A DNA stretch of 64,000 nt from Phoronis australis. Taxonomy: Eukaryota > Animalia > Phoronida. The number at the start of each line of letters is the position of its first letter. The stretch's first letter is position 1. A program made the translations under genes and the position numbers. Below are positions 12,701-27,700 of this stretch, in pieces. Location of the stretch: positions 623,625-687,624 of the forward strand of contig NMRA01000081.1 of the NCBI GenBank assembly GCA_002633005.1, read 5' to 3'. The notes below the pieces were generated by a model. The model was given only the letters and a program-made list of their open reading frames with translations, did not search any database and was not told the origin of the DNA.

Positions 12701-15700
12701 CAACACTCAACTGAGTCTAACAACCGTGCAAGTAATACGACTAAAACTGCACTGATCCACTATCGCAAAGATGCATCAGTGATTATTTTACATTTTGAGA
12801 TTTCATTTTCTATCTAGACGTATCCTTCGTTACTGGATTGACAGTAGACTGGACCACAAAGCGCCTCATATGGAGTGACACCAGGAGGCGCACCATTGAA
12901 TCGACAAACTATTACGGCACAAACAGACGAGTTATTATGTTCGGTGGAGCAAAAAAACCGAAAGCATTGGTCGTGGACAGCTCGCACGGGTTAGTGCTAT
13001 ATTTTTCCATCATCTTAATCTATTAGGGAGATAATAGGAATCCATGTACTTTTGAAGGGGCTCTAAACCCACGTGTCGTCATGGAAACGAACTTTTGATT
13101 TAGACCGCTTACAAGTATGAAATTGATCCAAACTTGTTTCTTACCAAGATGGGAAGTGATTTATGGGCTTGTAAAAAACTGAGATTATAAAATGACCTGC
13201 AGTGAGAAGCCGACTTGTAAAGCCTGATCTCAAACAACAACTAACTGTCAGGTCTTTCGAATTTCAAAAATCTTCTCTAATTTGACTCAAATAATTTAGA
13301 CCAGTTTCATAACAGTGGATATTGTTCTTTGTGATGGAAGGCGGATTTGTAGCCGCATTAAGTTTTAAGCTGCATTCTCCCCTGCTTAGATGGCTCAGAA
13401 ACAAAAATCCAATTAGACGTACCGTTTACTCTCATAATCGGTAATCTGAGTGTCACGTAGACAGTGGTGTAGTTTACGAAAGTCGATTACCAAGTCGGGT
13501 AAAAATAGAATTGTGTATAGTCAGGAGACATTTGTAAACAAAGTTGTATGTTGGGCAACCCCCGTTATTAACCTTTTTATCTTTGACAGCAACAACAGTG
13601 TTAACAGACTGAAACTGAAGGACGCTTTTCATACAATTTGTATCAAACAATCGCTCAAAGCGCAGATTTTGCACGAGTCTCTAACATTGCTTTACTAGTT
13701 TGCCATTCCTCACCGCTCTCTGTATCTCCTATTGTATATGTGGCAGTGTTTTATACTCAGTCCCAATTAGGTTTGTCATTCTTGAATTTATCGTTACCGC
13801 CGTAAGAGGGCGCGATTAAAGCACTTTGTTGTCTTAGTTCAAACATTGTTGATACTTTCTGCCACCAAAAGATCATTTAAAGAAAAAAAAATGGCGCGGA
13901 AACTGATGACAAAAGTTTACAAGAACAGTTTCCAATCTTTAAGGAAGAAAATTGTTAAGATAGGAATAAAACCCAGGTGCCCGTTCCAAGAAACTGACAT
14001 AAGTTCATTTTTTACTTAAGTCTAAGATTTGTCTCAGCTTTCAAACTCCCACCTCCGGTAAGATAGTCGAACTTAAAGAGGCATGGTGCGCGAAAGCTCG
14101 TCAAAAATATCTTTTAAACAAGTCTTGACGAAAGTTCTATCTCGCAACGTCTGGTACGGAGTAATTCACATCACATGTAAAGAAAATTCCAAAAAAATCA
14201 CTAATTTCTCGATTTTTGAAATATGCGTTAAGGAAAAACTCTGTAGTTACCACAGAGTTTCTAATCTCCCTCCCACTTATGGTAAATATGCGTATGCGCT
14301 CACAGTCAGTTTCCTGAAATTCCTTCAGTTCAAGGTCACATTTTCCATATAAGGGAAATGTGCGATGTCTATGTCTTGCCATACCTAATAAAGTGACGTG
14401 CATTGCCTTGTGGAAGAAAAATCGAAGAAGTGTGGAGTAGTTGACAGAACACTTTTTCTTGAAATTTTAAACTAATAGAAAATGCTATGATATCAACAGA
14501 AATTAAGAATCTTTACGAAAAAACCTTAAAAATACCAGGTGAGCAGTTTGAATTCTGTTTCAGCGGCACATAATCACTCTCAATAATGCAATTTAGTCAC
14601 TTTATTGCGTTCCAAGCTTCTTTAAGACAAAAATTAAGTCAAAAACTTACGTCAAACTTAAGTTTTATCTTAAAATTGAATTGAATTTTTAAGATTTATC
14701 TTAGCTAAGTCAGTTTTATTGGAACGGGCCCCAGACATCTATATATTTGTGTAAGCTTGCAGGAAAGTGAAAATTGTAGAGGGCACAGACAAATTTCACT
14801 TCGTCAAACAATGTTAGTCCCTCAACGTCACCATTTCGTTCCACTCGCGCGTCACACTAATCTCACGATTCTCCCCTGGTTGTCACCCCTTGTCAAAAAC
14901 TTCTCGAATCCTCCCTTGGTCACTACAGCATTTGCCTCCCCGTAGTCGCCAACTGGCACCCCCAGCTTGCCACCAGTATTTCGGCCCTGACCTTGCAATG
15001 ATTCTTGGCTCCCATTTTCAACGACCATACTGTAAATGTTTTATTTTAAGCACTACAGCGTTCTTATTTGATTGCTTAGGTTTATTTATTGGGCCGATCA
15101 AGGTTACAGGAAAATTGAACGAATCCAAACAGATGGTACCCACCGCCAGTTGCTTTACAAAAACTCCAAGTTTTGGCCCAATCAGATGACGATAGATGAG
15201 ACAAACAGGTAAGACTTTGTCCTTCGCAGATTCCGCAGTTGTATGTATGTTTATTATAGGCTCTTGCGGCTTATTCTCAAGATATTTTTTTGCTCAAGAA
15301 AACTGAGCGTAGAAATATTGCACAAGTCTTCAACTATTCTGTGGCCCCTGTTGTGATAAATATTGTTTTCAAAAATATACCGACATCATTCAATTATTTT
15401 TATCATGACTTTGAAGTTTAAGGACAATACAGTTAGATGTCTGATTGTCATCTACAATATTTCGCTTGTATATTTAACAGAAAGAACCTCCGGAAGGCCA
15501 GATAACATGTTCCCGACTTTGATATAATTGTAGATTTTTTTTCTACCAACAACCGATACCAGCTTTTTTGGTACGTTATTATAAATCTGCGTGAAAATAC
15601 ACGAGTGACAATACCATGTGAAGTTTAGAAAATGTGAAGTGCAGTTAATAACAGCAAGAGTCCATATCATAAATTTGTACTGTTTTTAATTCCCGAGGGC

Positions 15701-18700
15701 ATGCCAACTACATTTTTTGCTTTTATTTTTAGAGTCTTATATTGCGTTGATGCCTATAAGTCGACAATTATGTACGCATCCTTGAATACTCCAACCTGGT
15801 GGAGAACAATAGAGTTCGAAAGAAGAAACATTGGCCACCATATATTTGGCTTGGCCGTATCTCATTCGGCATTCTACCTCTCCACGTGGTACAAAACCAG
15901 AGTCCTTATCTACAACACTGGCAAGGAGGAGTTGACAAAGGGATTTACTGACCCCAATTCGAAAAGGTTTTACTATATGGTACCAGTAGATCCATCAAGG
16001 CAGCCCCTGTGTAAGTAATCCATGGATTTCGAACTTGATGTCTACAGTTTGTGCATGTATTTAGTCCCAAGTGTTTCACATATAGCATGCGCGCACTCAG
16101 CCTAAAATATAGGGGGTCTCGAATTTTTCGATATGTGGACCTTTTACTGAAAGAAATCAACAAGGACTAAAAAAACGGGACCACTGTGTTCACGAATCGT
16201 GCATCCGCGCCGATTTCCCGTGAATTTTATGGACCTTTGTCTCGTTTAATTGGACTTTTTATTTCACTGAGGCGGACCTTTTTGCCCAATTCGACAAATT
16301 GGGGGCTCGTTCGAGCCACTCGAGTCCTCCCCCTGGATGCGCCAATGTATAGGCGCATGCACCAAGCCTTCACCCTTTGGCATTGGTATCTAATCCTCAT
16401 ATACATTCGTGTTCTAATTGCTCTTCTATTCAATTTTGGAACAGAACTTAAAACATTAAAAATGTAATGTTAAATGGAATGCGCGTCAATGTGAACACTT
16501 GCTTGACTTCGCTCGCCGGTTGCGCCGGGTCAACCAGCTAAAGCATTTGATTGGAGCTCGATGACGACTTCAAACTTAGATTATTCAAATGTCTGAACTG
16601 CTTGACCCGGGGGAAACGACGTAGATAATCAAAAGCAACCAATGGCAACCGCTTTGTAACTCATTTTTTATAGTCAAGCTTCATTCACATTGGCGCGCCG
16701 TCAACCCATAGCGTCCATAAAACTGGTGATCTATCTGGGGTACGGTATGGAGACAGTACTTGTCTGTATTGCCCAGATGAATTGTCTCAGGTTTTTCCTC
16801 ATGGTGGTCGCTATGACGGCGTAAAGAGCGTTCTAGTTTACATATTCTACTTGCTTCCGACAAGGACAGTGCCAATTTGAATATGTTGTGGGTTTTTAAC
16901 AGTCTTGTCTCTATACACTGGTCAAAGCTAATAACTGCATGGAGTTATTCGTACCCAAAGTGCGTATTTTTCAGTAGTAAACCATAATGTGTCCCTTTAA
17001 GACAAAGTTGTTTTTCCATATTATGCATTTCCACTACTTCAAACTTTAACATTCACACAAAATTTCTCAATAACCAAAAGTCTAGTTTGTTGCAAAACAT
17101 GGCATAAAATTGCAGTGCTTTACATTGAAACATCCTTTTTAAATGAAGGATTTTTTATTTGGATTATTGATGACACTAATATCTTTGTCGCCAACGAATT
17201 GTTTACTGAGGTCTTTACCATCTACACAAATTGCATTCTTTTACGCAGATGCCAATCCATGCAATCTTGCAAGCAGAGGCGGTTGTTCTCATATCTGTTT
17301 GGTTGTGGGACCTCAAACATCTCAATGCGCTTGTCCCACTTATGGTGGTCTGGTGCTAGGGCGTGATAGGAAAACCTGTATTGGTAAGTCATCTCTCGAA
17401 GTATAGTGACGAAGCTATGATTATCACCAAGCGGAGAAGCCGGAGAACAGAAGAGCCGCACCCTGGTCATCATAGATGCTGTGTCCCCTTCCCCTGTCCC
17501 CTCTGTTTGTCCCAAGTTTTATACCTCCAATTTTGTGCCATCCTAAATTCCAGAATCGATTGCGCTGCCATAACCCGCCAGTGCCGTCTCCATCTCGAAG
17601 TGCCGCCTTGAGCAAATGGCCCTCCCTTCGGGCCTAGCTACACCACTGTCTCGAGGTAAAAAGGAACATGACTGAATGAAACATTACTTTGAGAGATGTG
17701 TCATTTTATGAGACCGCACATGGATTAAGCATTTGCGAGACCAGCAGCATAAGTCGTTGCTCATTGTCTCACAAACAGGCCCGTCCTGAAGTAGGAACGA
17801 AAGCACCACTCTCATTTAAAGGAATTTAACCAGAATGCAACACAAGTGTCAAGCACTTCTTCACATGAAAATGTACCAGTACAGTAGCAAAGTCTAATGT
17901 CGCATTATGAGTTGCAATGCCAACAACACGAAATTGGCAAACAAGGACAAATATTAGTGTTGGTGGATGTGCTTCACTTTCAAGTCAGCTCAAGAGTGCT
18001 CGCCATTTTGAAAATCAGGTTATTCATACAATTTGTTTTTCTACCTCCGCATAGGAAGAGAGTTCAATGAAGTTTGGACATATTCTTCTAATAACAATAG
18101 ACTACCTGAACAACACAGCTGCCGCACATATAATCAAAGTTCACCGGCTCACTAACTCGCGCCCGGCGGACTTTCAGACACTGATCGCAACCGATTGCCA
18201 CATGCAGTGCAACAAAGAAGTCGCAAAACATGACTTAGGCACCATAAACCTCGTGAACGGATCCTGAAACCCGAACGCGAAGTTCTTGTATCCTGTGGGG
18301 TGGTTAGTGAGCTAGGGTGTTCGTAAATCGGTACCGGCCATCTTGGGTACATAAGCCGTGTGAAGATTATGAGTATGTTGGCTCAGATTATCGGGCCCGT
18401 GAGCCGTTTTTATAAGTGAAAAAGTGTGCTAATGAATGCGGCAGCCATGTTGTCTAGATAACCTGAACAGGGTTTGACCACATTCGGCTAGGTTCCGAAA
18501 CTAATTTTCGCCCATTTTCGTTTCTTCTTCGGCGCTTTTCGCTAGTAGAACAAGAGGACCGTCCATGATTGTGATGACTCAACTCAAACTAAATCTTACA
18601 CTACATGTTACTATTGTGCAGAGATGGCAAGCGTCAAAATGTCAATAATAGAGATCAAAATCACGGAAGAACAACTTTAAACGTGGTTAAAGCAAGGGTC

Positions 18701-21700
18701 TCGCAAGTTTGAGAACCAGTTTAACACCCGTAATTCAATGGAGAAAATTGGATGTATCATCAATGTTTAAATGTGTAGAAATTTTCAATATGCTTGTGAG
18801 CTAGATATTGGTATAATGATTTTCACCCAACTTTAAAGTATCTCAAACTTTGTTCACAAAAATTAGCATTTTTTACAATATTTCACATGTGTCTAACAAA
18901 GTACCTTATCTACATTCTCGGGGAACTTCAAACATGAAATAACCATGTAGCGAGAAAAAAAAAACATTTGGCAGAAACACCTTGGAGCAGCACAACCGCG
19001 TGGAAGTTTCTTTACTGCTTATCTTAGGTCAAAGGTTACGGGGCTGTCACTCAAAACGAATCTCCCACCAGGCACAAATCTCCGTCCTTTCATTCACCGA
19101 GTCGCTATCATATTGGGTCAACGACGTGCACATGTGATAGAAAGATGCCGGCGAAAACCAGGGGCGGATCCAGGATTTTGAGTTGGGGGGGTTAGGGCAG
19201 AGTATTAGCCAGGATTTTGCCCGTCAGACATTCGCACTCCCGAACTGCTAAATGGAATATGAGAGAATTTCAGGGGGCATGGCCCCCTTGGCCACTGAAA
19301 ACAAAGACAAAACGTAGCTTTGATCCTGAGAGAGTTGTGTGTCTGCATGCATACGACTGTTCAGAACGAATGCTACGAGTCGCCTCACGCCTCTGTGACT
19401 TATGTTCACGAACACAGAATGTTGTGAAAAGAGATAAATCCTCACCCAAGTTCCTCAAGGATTATTCACAAGAATTGGTCATTTTACAATAATTCAAATA
19501 TGTATAGCAAAATACCTTATCTTTATTCTCGGGAACTTCAAATACGAAATATATAATATAATCTCCTGCCAGGTACAGAGCAACTTCGTATGTACCTTCA
19601 GTCCTTTCATTCACCGACTCGCCATAATATTAAGTAAACGAGGTGTACAGATGATAGAACAGTGCCGGGGAAAACTTAAGACAAAACGTAGTTTTGGTCC
19701 TCAGGGAGTTGTGAGTCTACATGCATACGACCGTTGAGAACGAATGCCTCGAGTCGCCTCACGCCTCTGTGACGGTGTGGTCACGAACACAGCAAGTTGT
19801 GAAAAAAGATAGTTACTCACCCAAATTTCTTGATTCGATAGGTAATCTAACATTTCGGCGTTTCGATCTCATGCTAACTACGTGCTTTAACCACGGACTC
19901 GATTTCTGTTATCTATTTCTTACTTGATTTCGTATCAGACTCCCGGCGCGTGGTGTATATAACAATGAAATGTTGACCTACTTTTAAGTAGAAAGGTTTT
20001 AACGTAATAATAATAATGACACATAAATATAAAAAATATTTTTATTTTCCCTGATCCTTTTTCTTTAAGAAAATATATACATTTGCTAGTTGCCAAAGCT
20101 TATTTTTTGATATACGTGTTGGAATGGAGGCCACTAAATAAGGTGTGAGATAAACTGTTCTCTTCACATTTATCCAAAGCACCACATTGTATTCTCTGTA
20201 TGGCCTGTTATACAATGAATGGGGAACCTTTTCAAAGTTTCAATAAAAATAACTTCGTCAAAATACCTGTTTGATTTAGACCACTTGTAACAATGAATTT
20301 GGTCTCAGATCGTTCCTCACTCAGATTACGGGTGAATTTTGGGCTTGAAGAGAACTGATATTGCTTGGGAACATAGGCAACAAGTTGGCTTGTCATTGAC
20401 ATCAGTATGCTTTCGAGCATGGTCTCGATCAACAACGGAGAACCAGAGACGTAGTTCTAAAAATAGTGGGATACGTACTGAACTCTTGAGGGAAGGTTCC
20501 TCGATTAGCTTTTTTCTTTTGATACCTTTCTCAAAAAAATATATGGTAATGCACTTAATAGCAAGTCACTGCTTCCAACCAAATCAAAACACCATTGCTA
20601 ATGCTTTGTCATTTCTCGAAAATCTTTGATGAGAGGATGGTTTACCTCGCTAAAAAGTAAGCACACGACGCCCCTCGTTCCTCCGAAAATACACCTCTGG
20701 TACTGTTTAGCCCTGTCCTTTTAGCCCAGAAACCACATGCCATCTGAGAAAGGAAAATTGAAACCAGTTTTATAGCAGTTTGTAGTCTAAACCAAATGCT
20801 CAGTGCTTTGACACACGCATTTGTGACAGGTTCATGTTCAATATCGTTTTATGTGGTATCTTTCATACTTTATTAACTGAAAATCGTACAGTCAGGTGAC
20901 CGATTCAGTCCATCTTCTTTGAAAATCTTGCAGAGCCATCAGAACTGGTACTATACACCATCAAAGGTTCTGGAATCGTGGCGTATATGTCCGCGGACAT
21001 ACACACTGTTCCGTCTGGTCAGCACATAGTGTCTACCAGCACCATGCCAGTAGCTCTGGCCTACCATCCTACGTTGAAAGTAAGTCGACCCCTTTCCCAT
21101 CAATTCTTGCCACAGAAGTAGCTCTTTGAAATAAGTGCTACAGTGGGGATTTGAACTGTGTACTCTATCATATTTTTGTTCTCAATATTCACCTGTAACT
21201 TAGATTTTCACCAGCAAACTACATTTTACAAAGGACAAGTTTTGCAGCAATGTTATGAACTGGGCGTACTAGAAAACTGAATGGTTTCTTGGAAGTCAAG
21301 GCATCACGGAGAGTGTTATAAATTATCATTTTCGTGATCGGAGCAGTTATACCAAGAGCGGTGATAACATAACGTCTGCAACCTACATCGTTCACAGAAG
21401 TTTGCTCCAAGGCAATAACATTCGGAGTAATTTGGGTGTATGCACCCGCTAACAAGATTGTACGGGATTAACACGATTTATTCCAGTGGCATATCTCTAT
21501 ATGGATACATAATCTACTAGAGTAACCTACTTGCAGATCAGTGTCTTTGCGGCTATTGTTACCAAATTCGTTCTTGCGGAAATAATAAAAAGATAGCCAT
21601 AATTATACGCAGAATGAAAGCTAGCGGTATTCAAACTTATGAGGTTGATGATCGAAAGTGACTGGATTGAGTCTTGCAAGTGATTTTGTATCTTCAAAAG

Positions 21701-24700
21701 TCAAAGTAAAACGGGATCAGTAATCGTTCAGGTTGTATTGGCGAATTTGGCTTTAATTAGTTCATATATGTTATTTAGAGTTTCCTGTTTCAGGTTGTCT
21801 ATTGGAGTGATGTTAAAGAACTGGTTATATATCAGGTGCAACTGAATGGAAGCCGGAAGAAAATATTCTTAAAGCAAGGGATTGGAATTGTTGATGGTAT
21901 GTATTGTGCTTAAACACTTTTGATGAATAAAATGTATTCTACTTACAAATACCGTATTTTTAATATCGCTTTAATTAAATGAACATAGTTTTCCACAACG
22001 TTTGGACAATTGGCATGCCAGTCTGATTATTTTGGTGTAGCAATTATTTTTTTGTTCTTAGATTATTGACCTCATGGATGCTAACCGTTCAGCAATGAAT
22101 CAGATTTTGGTGGGACACAAAATAATAGGTACCGTACAGTCCCGGGTACGAACCATTAACAGTTAAGCAGAACTTCCTTCATGATGTCTGGAATGACGAG
22201 TTACGACTAAACATAAGTTACAATGACAGGCAACGGAATTTTATTGAGTTTCGTACGTATCCGACTACTCCTGGGCCCCCAAAGTATAAATTTCTTTTTT
22301 GCGCTTGCCCCTACCCACCAGGACGTTGGTTGATCTACGCGAAAATATGCACCTATAAAGCACAAAATGATACTATCCACTTTTATATGAGTCTGACATA
22401 TTTGGCGTACCCTAGTAGTGATTTTTGTTATGGTTCCCTTTTTGACGTCTTCAAGCAGTTAATGCGACAACATTGAACAAGTAACTAATATATATATAAG
22501 CACTCCCCAGTTTAACTTCAGGTCTCAGTTTAGGCCGATTTCGGTAAGATGAGATGCAAAAAGTTTCATGAAACGGACTTCTGGTTTTGAAGCTATGCAC
22601 TACGGGAATGAACGGAAATATTTAGCACTAGATGGCGAATGCCAGGTGCACAAATTTCCTAGGGGCGTTGTTTGAGCTACTACTGGGCACCTAAATGGCA
22701 TTGGCTTTTGTGTCTCCCTCATTATCTAGAAAAATCGCGGTTTATAAGTTTTGTTAATTGTCATTTGGTCACTAGTTTGCCATTTTCTATGAACAAATGA
22801 CGACCATACTAAGTTAAACCTCAAAATCTTACAATGGACACTGTCCCCATAAGAAATTGACAATGCGACATGCCCGTTTTGCTATTAGGTGGAGGTAAAT
22901 TACACTCTTTCTAACTTCCAGGAGTGCAACGCCACCAGGCGCAGAATATTCTGTAATTTCCTATTTTAGGTATGGTCCTTGATCCGGTAAGCAACCGTTT
23001 GTACTTCAGTAACATGTTCCTGACAACTCATGGAAGCTTCCTGAACAGGTGGAGCTCTGTTGAATCTGTTAATCTTGATGGTACCGGATGGTTGACTATT
23101 TCTAGAGATGTTGGCAAACCGAGAGGGCTGGCGATAGATTTTGAAAGAAGGTGAGTGTCATCTTTTGTAGAAATACCAATTGCGTCTTTAAGAAATAAAC
23201 ATCAAAATCAATTTTATTAGTTCGTCTTTCTCTTGGTAGCAAAATATTTTTATTAAGGAAGTCTTTGCCAAGGTTTCTGTCCTACACGAATGTGACATTG
23301 GTGATGTAACCACATTTTGCATGCGTGTTAGTGTCTAATCACAGCAACCTTGAGGAAACGGTAACCTTAATCTTGTCAGCAAATGCTTGTCTTTAGCTAA
23401 ATATTTAATCAACAAACTAGTTCAACTCAGTGAAATTATTTGTCTTTTGAAAGTAGCATAAAATTAGATTTTGAACTAAATACCAATCTGGGTCATATGA
23501 CTCAGAAAATTGCTGCAAGAGAAAAGTACATTAATAAACTACTATATCAATAACACGACCAAATTTCTTATGCTAAGTATTCGGAACATAATATCTAAAA
23601 TACGGTGGTAATATCTACATGTCTTTGTTTCACGTAATTTGTGCGTTTTTCATAAATTATGAGTACCAATTCTAGATAGCACTCCAGTTATGAAAAATAA
23701 ACTTTTCGAAAACCTTTTCTAACGTTTCGAAGAACTGTACACGAATCATACCTGAAAATTTCATTAAGTTTCATTAGAACCAGAGCGCACGTTTCTGAGA
23801 CGTTCCGAAGACAGTAAAGTTTTGATACTCTTCCACTGTTACTCATTACCGTGACTTGTTTTGCTGATGTTTCAGACACTTATTCATTTCTGACTGGGGA
23901 GAGGAGCCCAAGATTGTAAGATGTAATCTGGATGGTTCCAATGCGGTGGTAATCAAAAGTACCGACATCAGTAATCCCAATGGCCTCTCTGTAAATGGAG
24001 AAATGCTGTATGTGGTCGACTCCAACTATGATGGACGAACTAACGGAGCGTTCCTGGCGGCTTACAACATGTCGGACAACACGTGGCGTTATCTAACCGG
24101 TACGAAGTTAAAGGTAACTCANTCTGCGCCATCTAATGGTATCAAAGCCGATCGCAGCTTACCCGCTATTGCAGCGCTACCTGTACAACAGATTACCCCT
24201 CACAGCACTATGTAACCCCAGCCGCGAGCCTGTCAACTACATTAATGTCATGCCAACCTAAACCAGCCACCGAGGAATAAAATGCAACCTGTGGAAACAT
24301 CGTTTGAGGTAGCTTTAGCGTCAAACGTCACGTGGTTCTAGTTGCTTGTTGTTATGCTCTTAGTCTCTGTTGTATCAATGTTCCAGTTCGTGCCAGTACT
24401 TGTGTGAACAATCCATGCAGTGGTCTATGTTTTGACCAACCTCGTGGTCCACCAATCTGCAGATGTCCTACCCATAACAGTGCTGTTATGTCCAGAGATG
24501 GGTTCACTTGTAAAGGCAAGCGTTGACAGTTCTTGGAGTGATAAATATTTTAAGTTAATAAGTAGTTAGTTTCAAGTAAAATTCCTTAATGAAACACAGT
24601 TCGTGTGTTGGGAAAGCTTTCATCAATTTTAGAAATGGGCCCACATAGATGCAATTGAGCCAAACTATTTATTTGATGGTCTTGGTAAAATTTAACTTCT

Positions 24701-27700
24701 AAGTGTCTTAAGGCATTAAACTGTCTTTATTGACTATAAAAAGGGAACCACTAATGTTTGGAGGAGTCCCACAAGGGTTGCGCCCTCCGGTTGCTGTTTC
24801 TATTTTGTCTTTGCTATCTACCAAACCGATTTTTTGATATTTTTGAAAGACTCGGACAACTATAGCGGTGCCCCCTATACGCACTTCTGAGATCTACATT
24901 GCTTGCAAGGCTTTGCAAAGCTCTTGTTTTTATTCCAGAACCAGAGAATTTCCTTCTGCTATGCGACGTGAACACTGTTTACCTGATGAGCCTTGATACA
25001 CCTGAGAAGTATACGTTGCATCGTATTGTTCGAGCACGATTTGATGCCAACATAATTGCTGCGACATATGATTCAGTTAACAAATATATTTATTGGTCGG
25101 AATCGAGCAGGTTAGATTTTGAGAGACTTTTATCAAATTTTGTATCGTCTGAAAACATCACATTTGAATTTTTCCTATTGATCTACGTCAAATTATGTGC
25201 CCATTCATGTTCCTAACTAATGCAAAACCTGGTCAACTAGGAACACGGGTACTAGAAACAACGTGCTGAAAAAACAATACCGAGACGTCCATCAAATTGC
25301 CCAAATGTTGTGTTGACGCCTATGCTTTGATGACTCTTTTCTCACATTACATTATTGTTTTTAGTTATTTGTAATCTCTGACCCTTTACATTTCTTTTTT
25401 CCTTTCAGAGTTTTTCCAAAAGTATTCAAACAGTATCTGAATGGGACTTCCCTGCAGCTCGTTGCTCACTTGAAAGTACCTAGTGGGGTCATCGATGGAC
25501 TTGCCGTTGACCATAGCACGCGTTCTTTAACAATGAGTGGATACAATGTTCAGTATGGATTCATAGCTACAATGCCTACTGATGGCACTAATGTATATTC
25601 TCTTACAAAAGTCGCTGGTCGACCAAGAGGACTTGCTGTGCTTGGCGGGTAATTATTGACTTAAATACCAGTTCTTCAACATAGCAATTGATTATCACAA
25701 TCACCAGGAGGCGTAAGATAACCCTGTCCCCTCTACCCCATTATAGTGGTACCGCATCTGTTTCCTCTGTTTCGCGCCACCAGCTCCCCCAGTTGTCAAA
25801 AGCTTTGCAGCCAGCTCCCCCATTTGTCTGTAGTTTCGCACGCTTCCCCCAGTGATAAATGATATGCTCTTCTGCAATAAACAGGGGCATGTCTACCTGA
25901 CTGAACCCATGCTCTAGCACCAAACTTTTTAAAGGACACACCAAAGATGACATCCACCACAATAGTTTATTTGGCGTTATTGTAGTATCATCTCAGTGTG
26001 CATATTTTTATTTTCAGTTTTAGTAAGGTGTCGGGTTGACTTTTTATTTTTGTTTATTTATTGAAGAACTTTGATTTCTTATGTCAGTCTGCTTATCGAA
26101 TGTCAATTGTATGAGTAGTAATTAATTACAGTCCCATTTTTTCATAATGCTTACTTGTTTAATGCTGTATTATATTGTATTTAACGGCGGTCCTCCATGA
26201 AGCGGCTTTTGCCTTCGAGGACCTCCGGAGATGTGCTTTTCCTTTATTGTATTTCAGTAATTCGTTTGACAAACCCATTAGTTATCTATCTGTCTATAAA
26301 AGACATGTTTACAATAATCTCTGTTTTAGTGACTTTACTCAAAACTGTTTCTGTCGTTTGCTATCGCACAGTCAATACATCCTCTGATAGATAACATCTT
26401 TGCTCAGTTGAAACACGTTCTAAGAGTGTAAAAAATAGATCTTGTGTCTAGAGGTTGGCAGTTGGCCTATTTACCCATGCTTTCGATTTTCGCACTTTCG
26501 GAAGCATTTATAACGCTGACCGATTTAGCAGAGCTTTACAAATGGTTTTCAAACTTGATCCACTGCCAGACTTTTTAGAGTTTGCGAGGCAAACAGAGAC
26601 TTTCTTTCAGAGGGTTCGTATTTAGCTACTAAATGTTAATGGTTACCAATTACTTCCAGTCAAATTTTCTGGTCAGACATTCAAAGTCCCGGTAGGATAG
26701 TTCGAATGTCTTCTGCTGGGAAGCAGGATGTGGTTGCAGACACTGGCTTCAAGTGGCCCAACGGCATTGCTATAAACAATGGACTTCTGTACGTAGGAGA
26801 TGGTCGTGATAGAAAGATTGAAGTGATGAGTCTCAATGGTAATTGAAATCGTTTTTAAAATGTATGTTACAGCTTCAAACAAACTAGAAAATATTTTTTG
26901 ACTCCTGGCCACCAAAGTGTTGAAATTGATCTTGAAACTTATCTAAATATTAGTTTTTAATTCAATTTAAGTAGGTACTTCAATACTTCAATATTGCTTC
27001 AATGTTATCTCTTTATTGTATCAGTGAAATAAAGGCAATTTAGAGAAAATTTGACTTTGCAGGCTCAAACAGAAAGGAACTGGAATTCTTCACAAAGAGA
27101 GTAGAACACATCTTTGGTTTGGCTGTGTTTGATCAATTTGTGTTTTACACTGACTGGGTAAACCGCACATTGGGGTTGTTTGATATGAAGACGGGGTTTA
27201 TGAAAACTCTCGCTCACAATCTTGTCCGACCAACCACTCTGCACCTCCATCATCCTTCTAAATTAAAAGGTGAGCGAGTCCAGTCAACAGGCAGTCTTCC
27301 CAATCCATGTATTGATTCATTTCTCAGCGCTTGTCAGAGCAAAATCTATTATTATTATTACTATTATTGGATGTTCATGTTACTTTTGTTTTACTGAACA
27401 GTTTGTGCAACCCTCTTGTTATTCTCAGCACATTCCACTAATTCACTATAAAATACTGTGCTGTTGTACCACAAAGGGTCAATTAGTTCAAACGTCATCT
27501 AATTTCCAAAATGCATTTGTTATTTACCTTTCGGTACACAGGTTGGCTGGTAGTAGAGTTGTTTAAACTCCAATGTAAGTACAGACCAAGTCCATGATAA
27601 TTTGTTCCATTCATTGACTTTTATTAGTTATCGCTTTTAAGCATTTATTTTGCTTTATTTGTTCAACTCGTGAAGGAAAACTGAATCTAAAAATGTTGGA

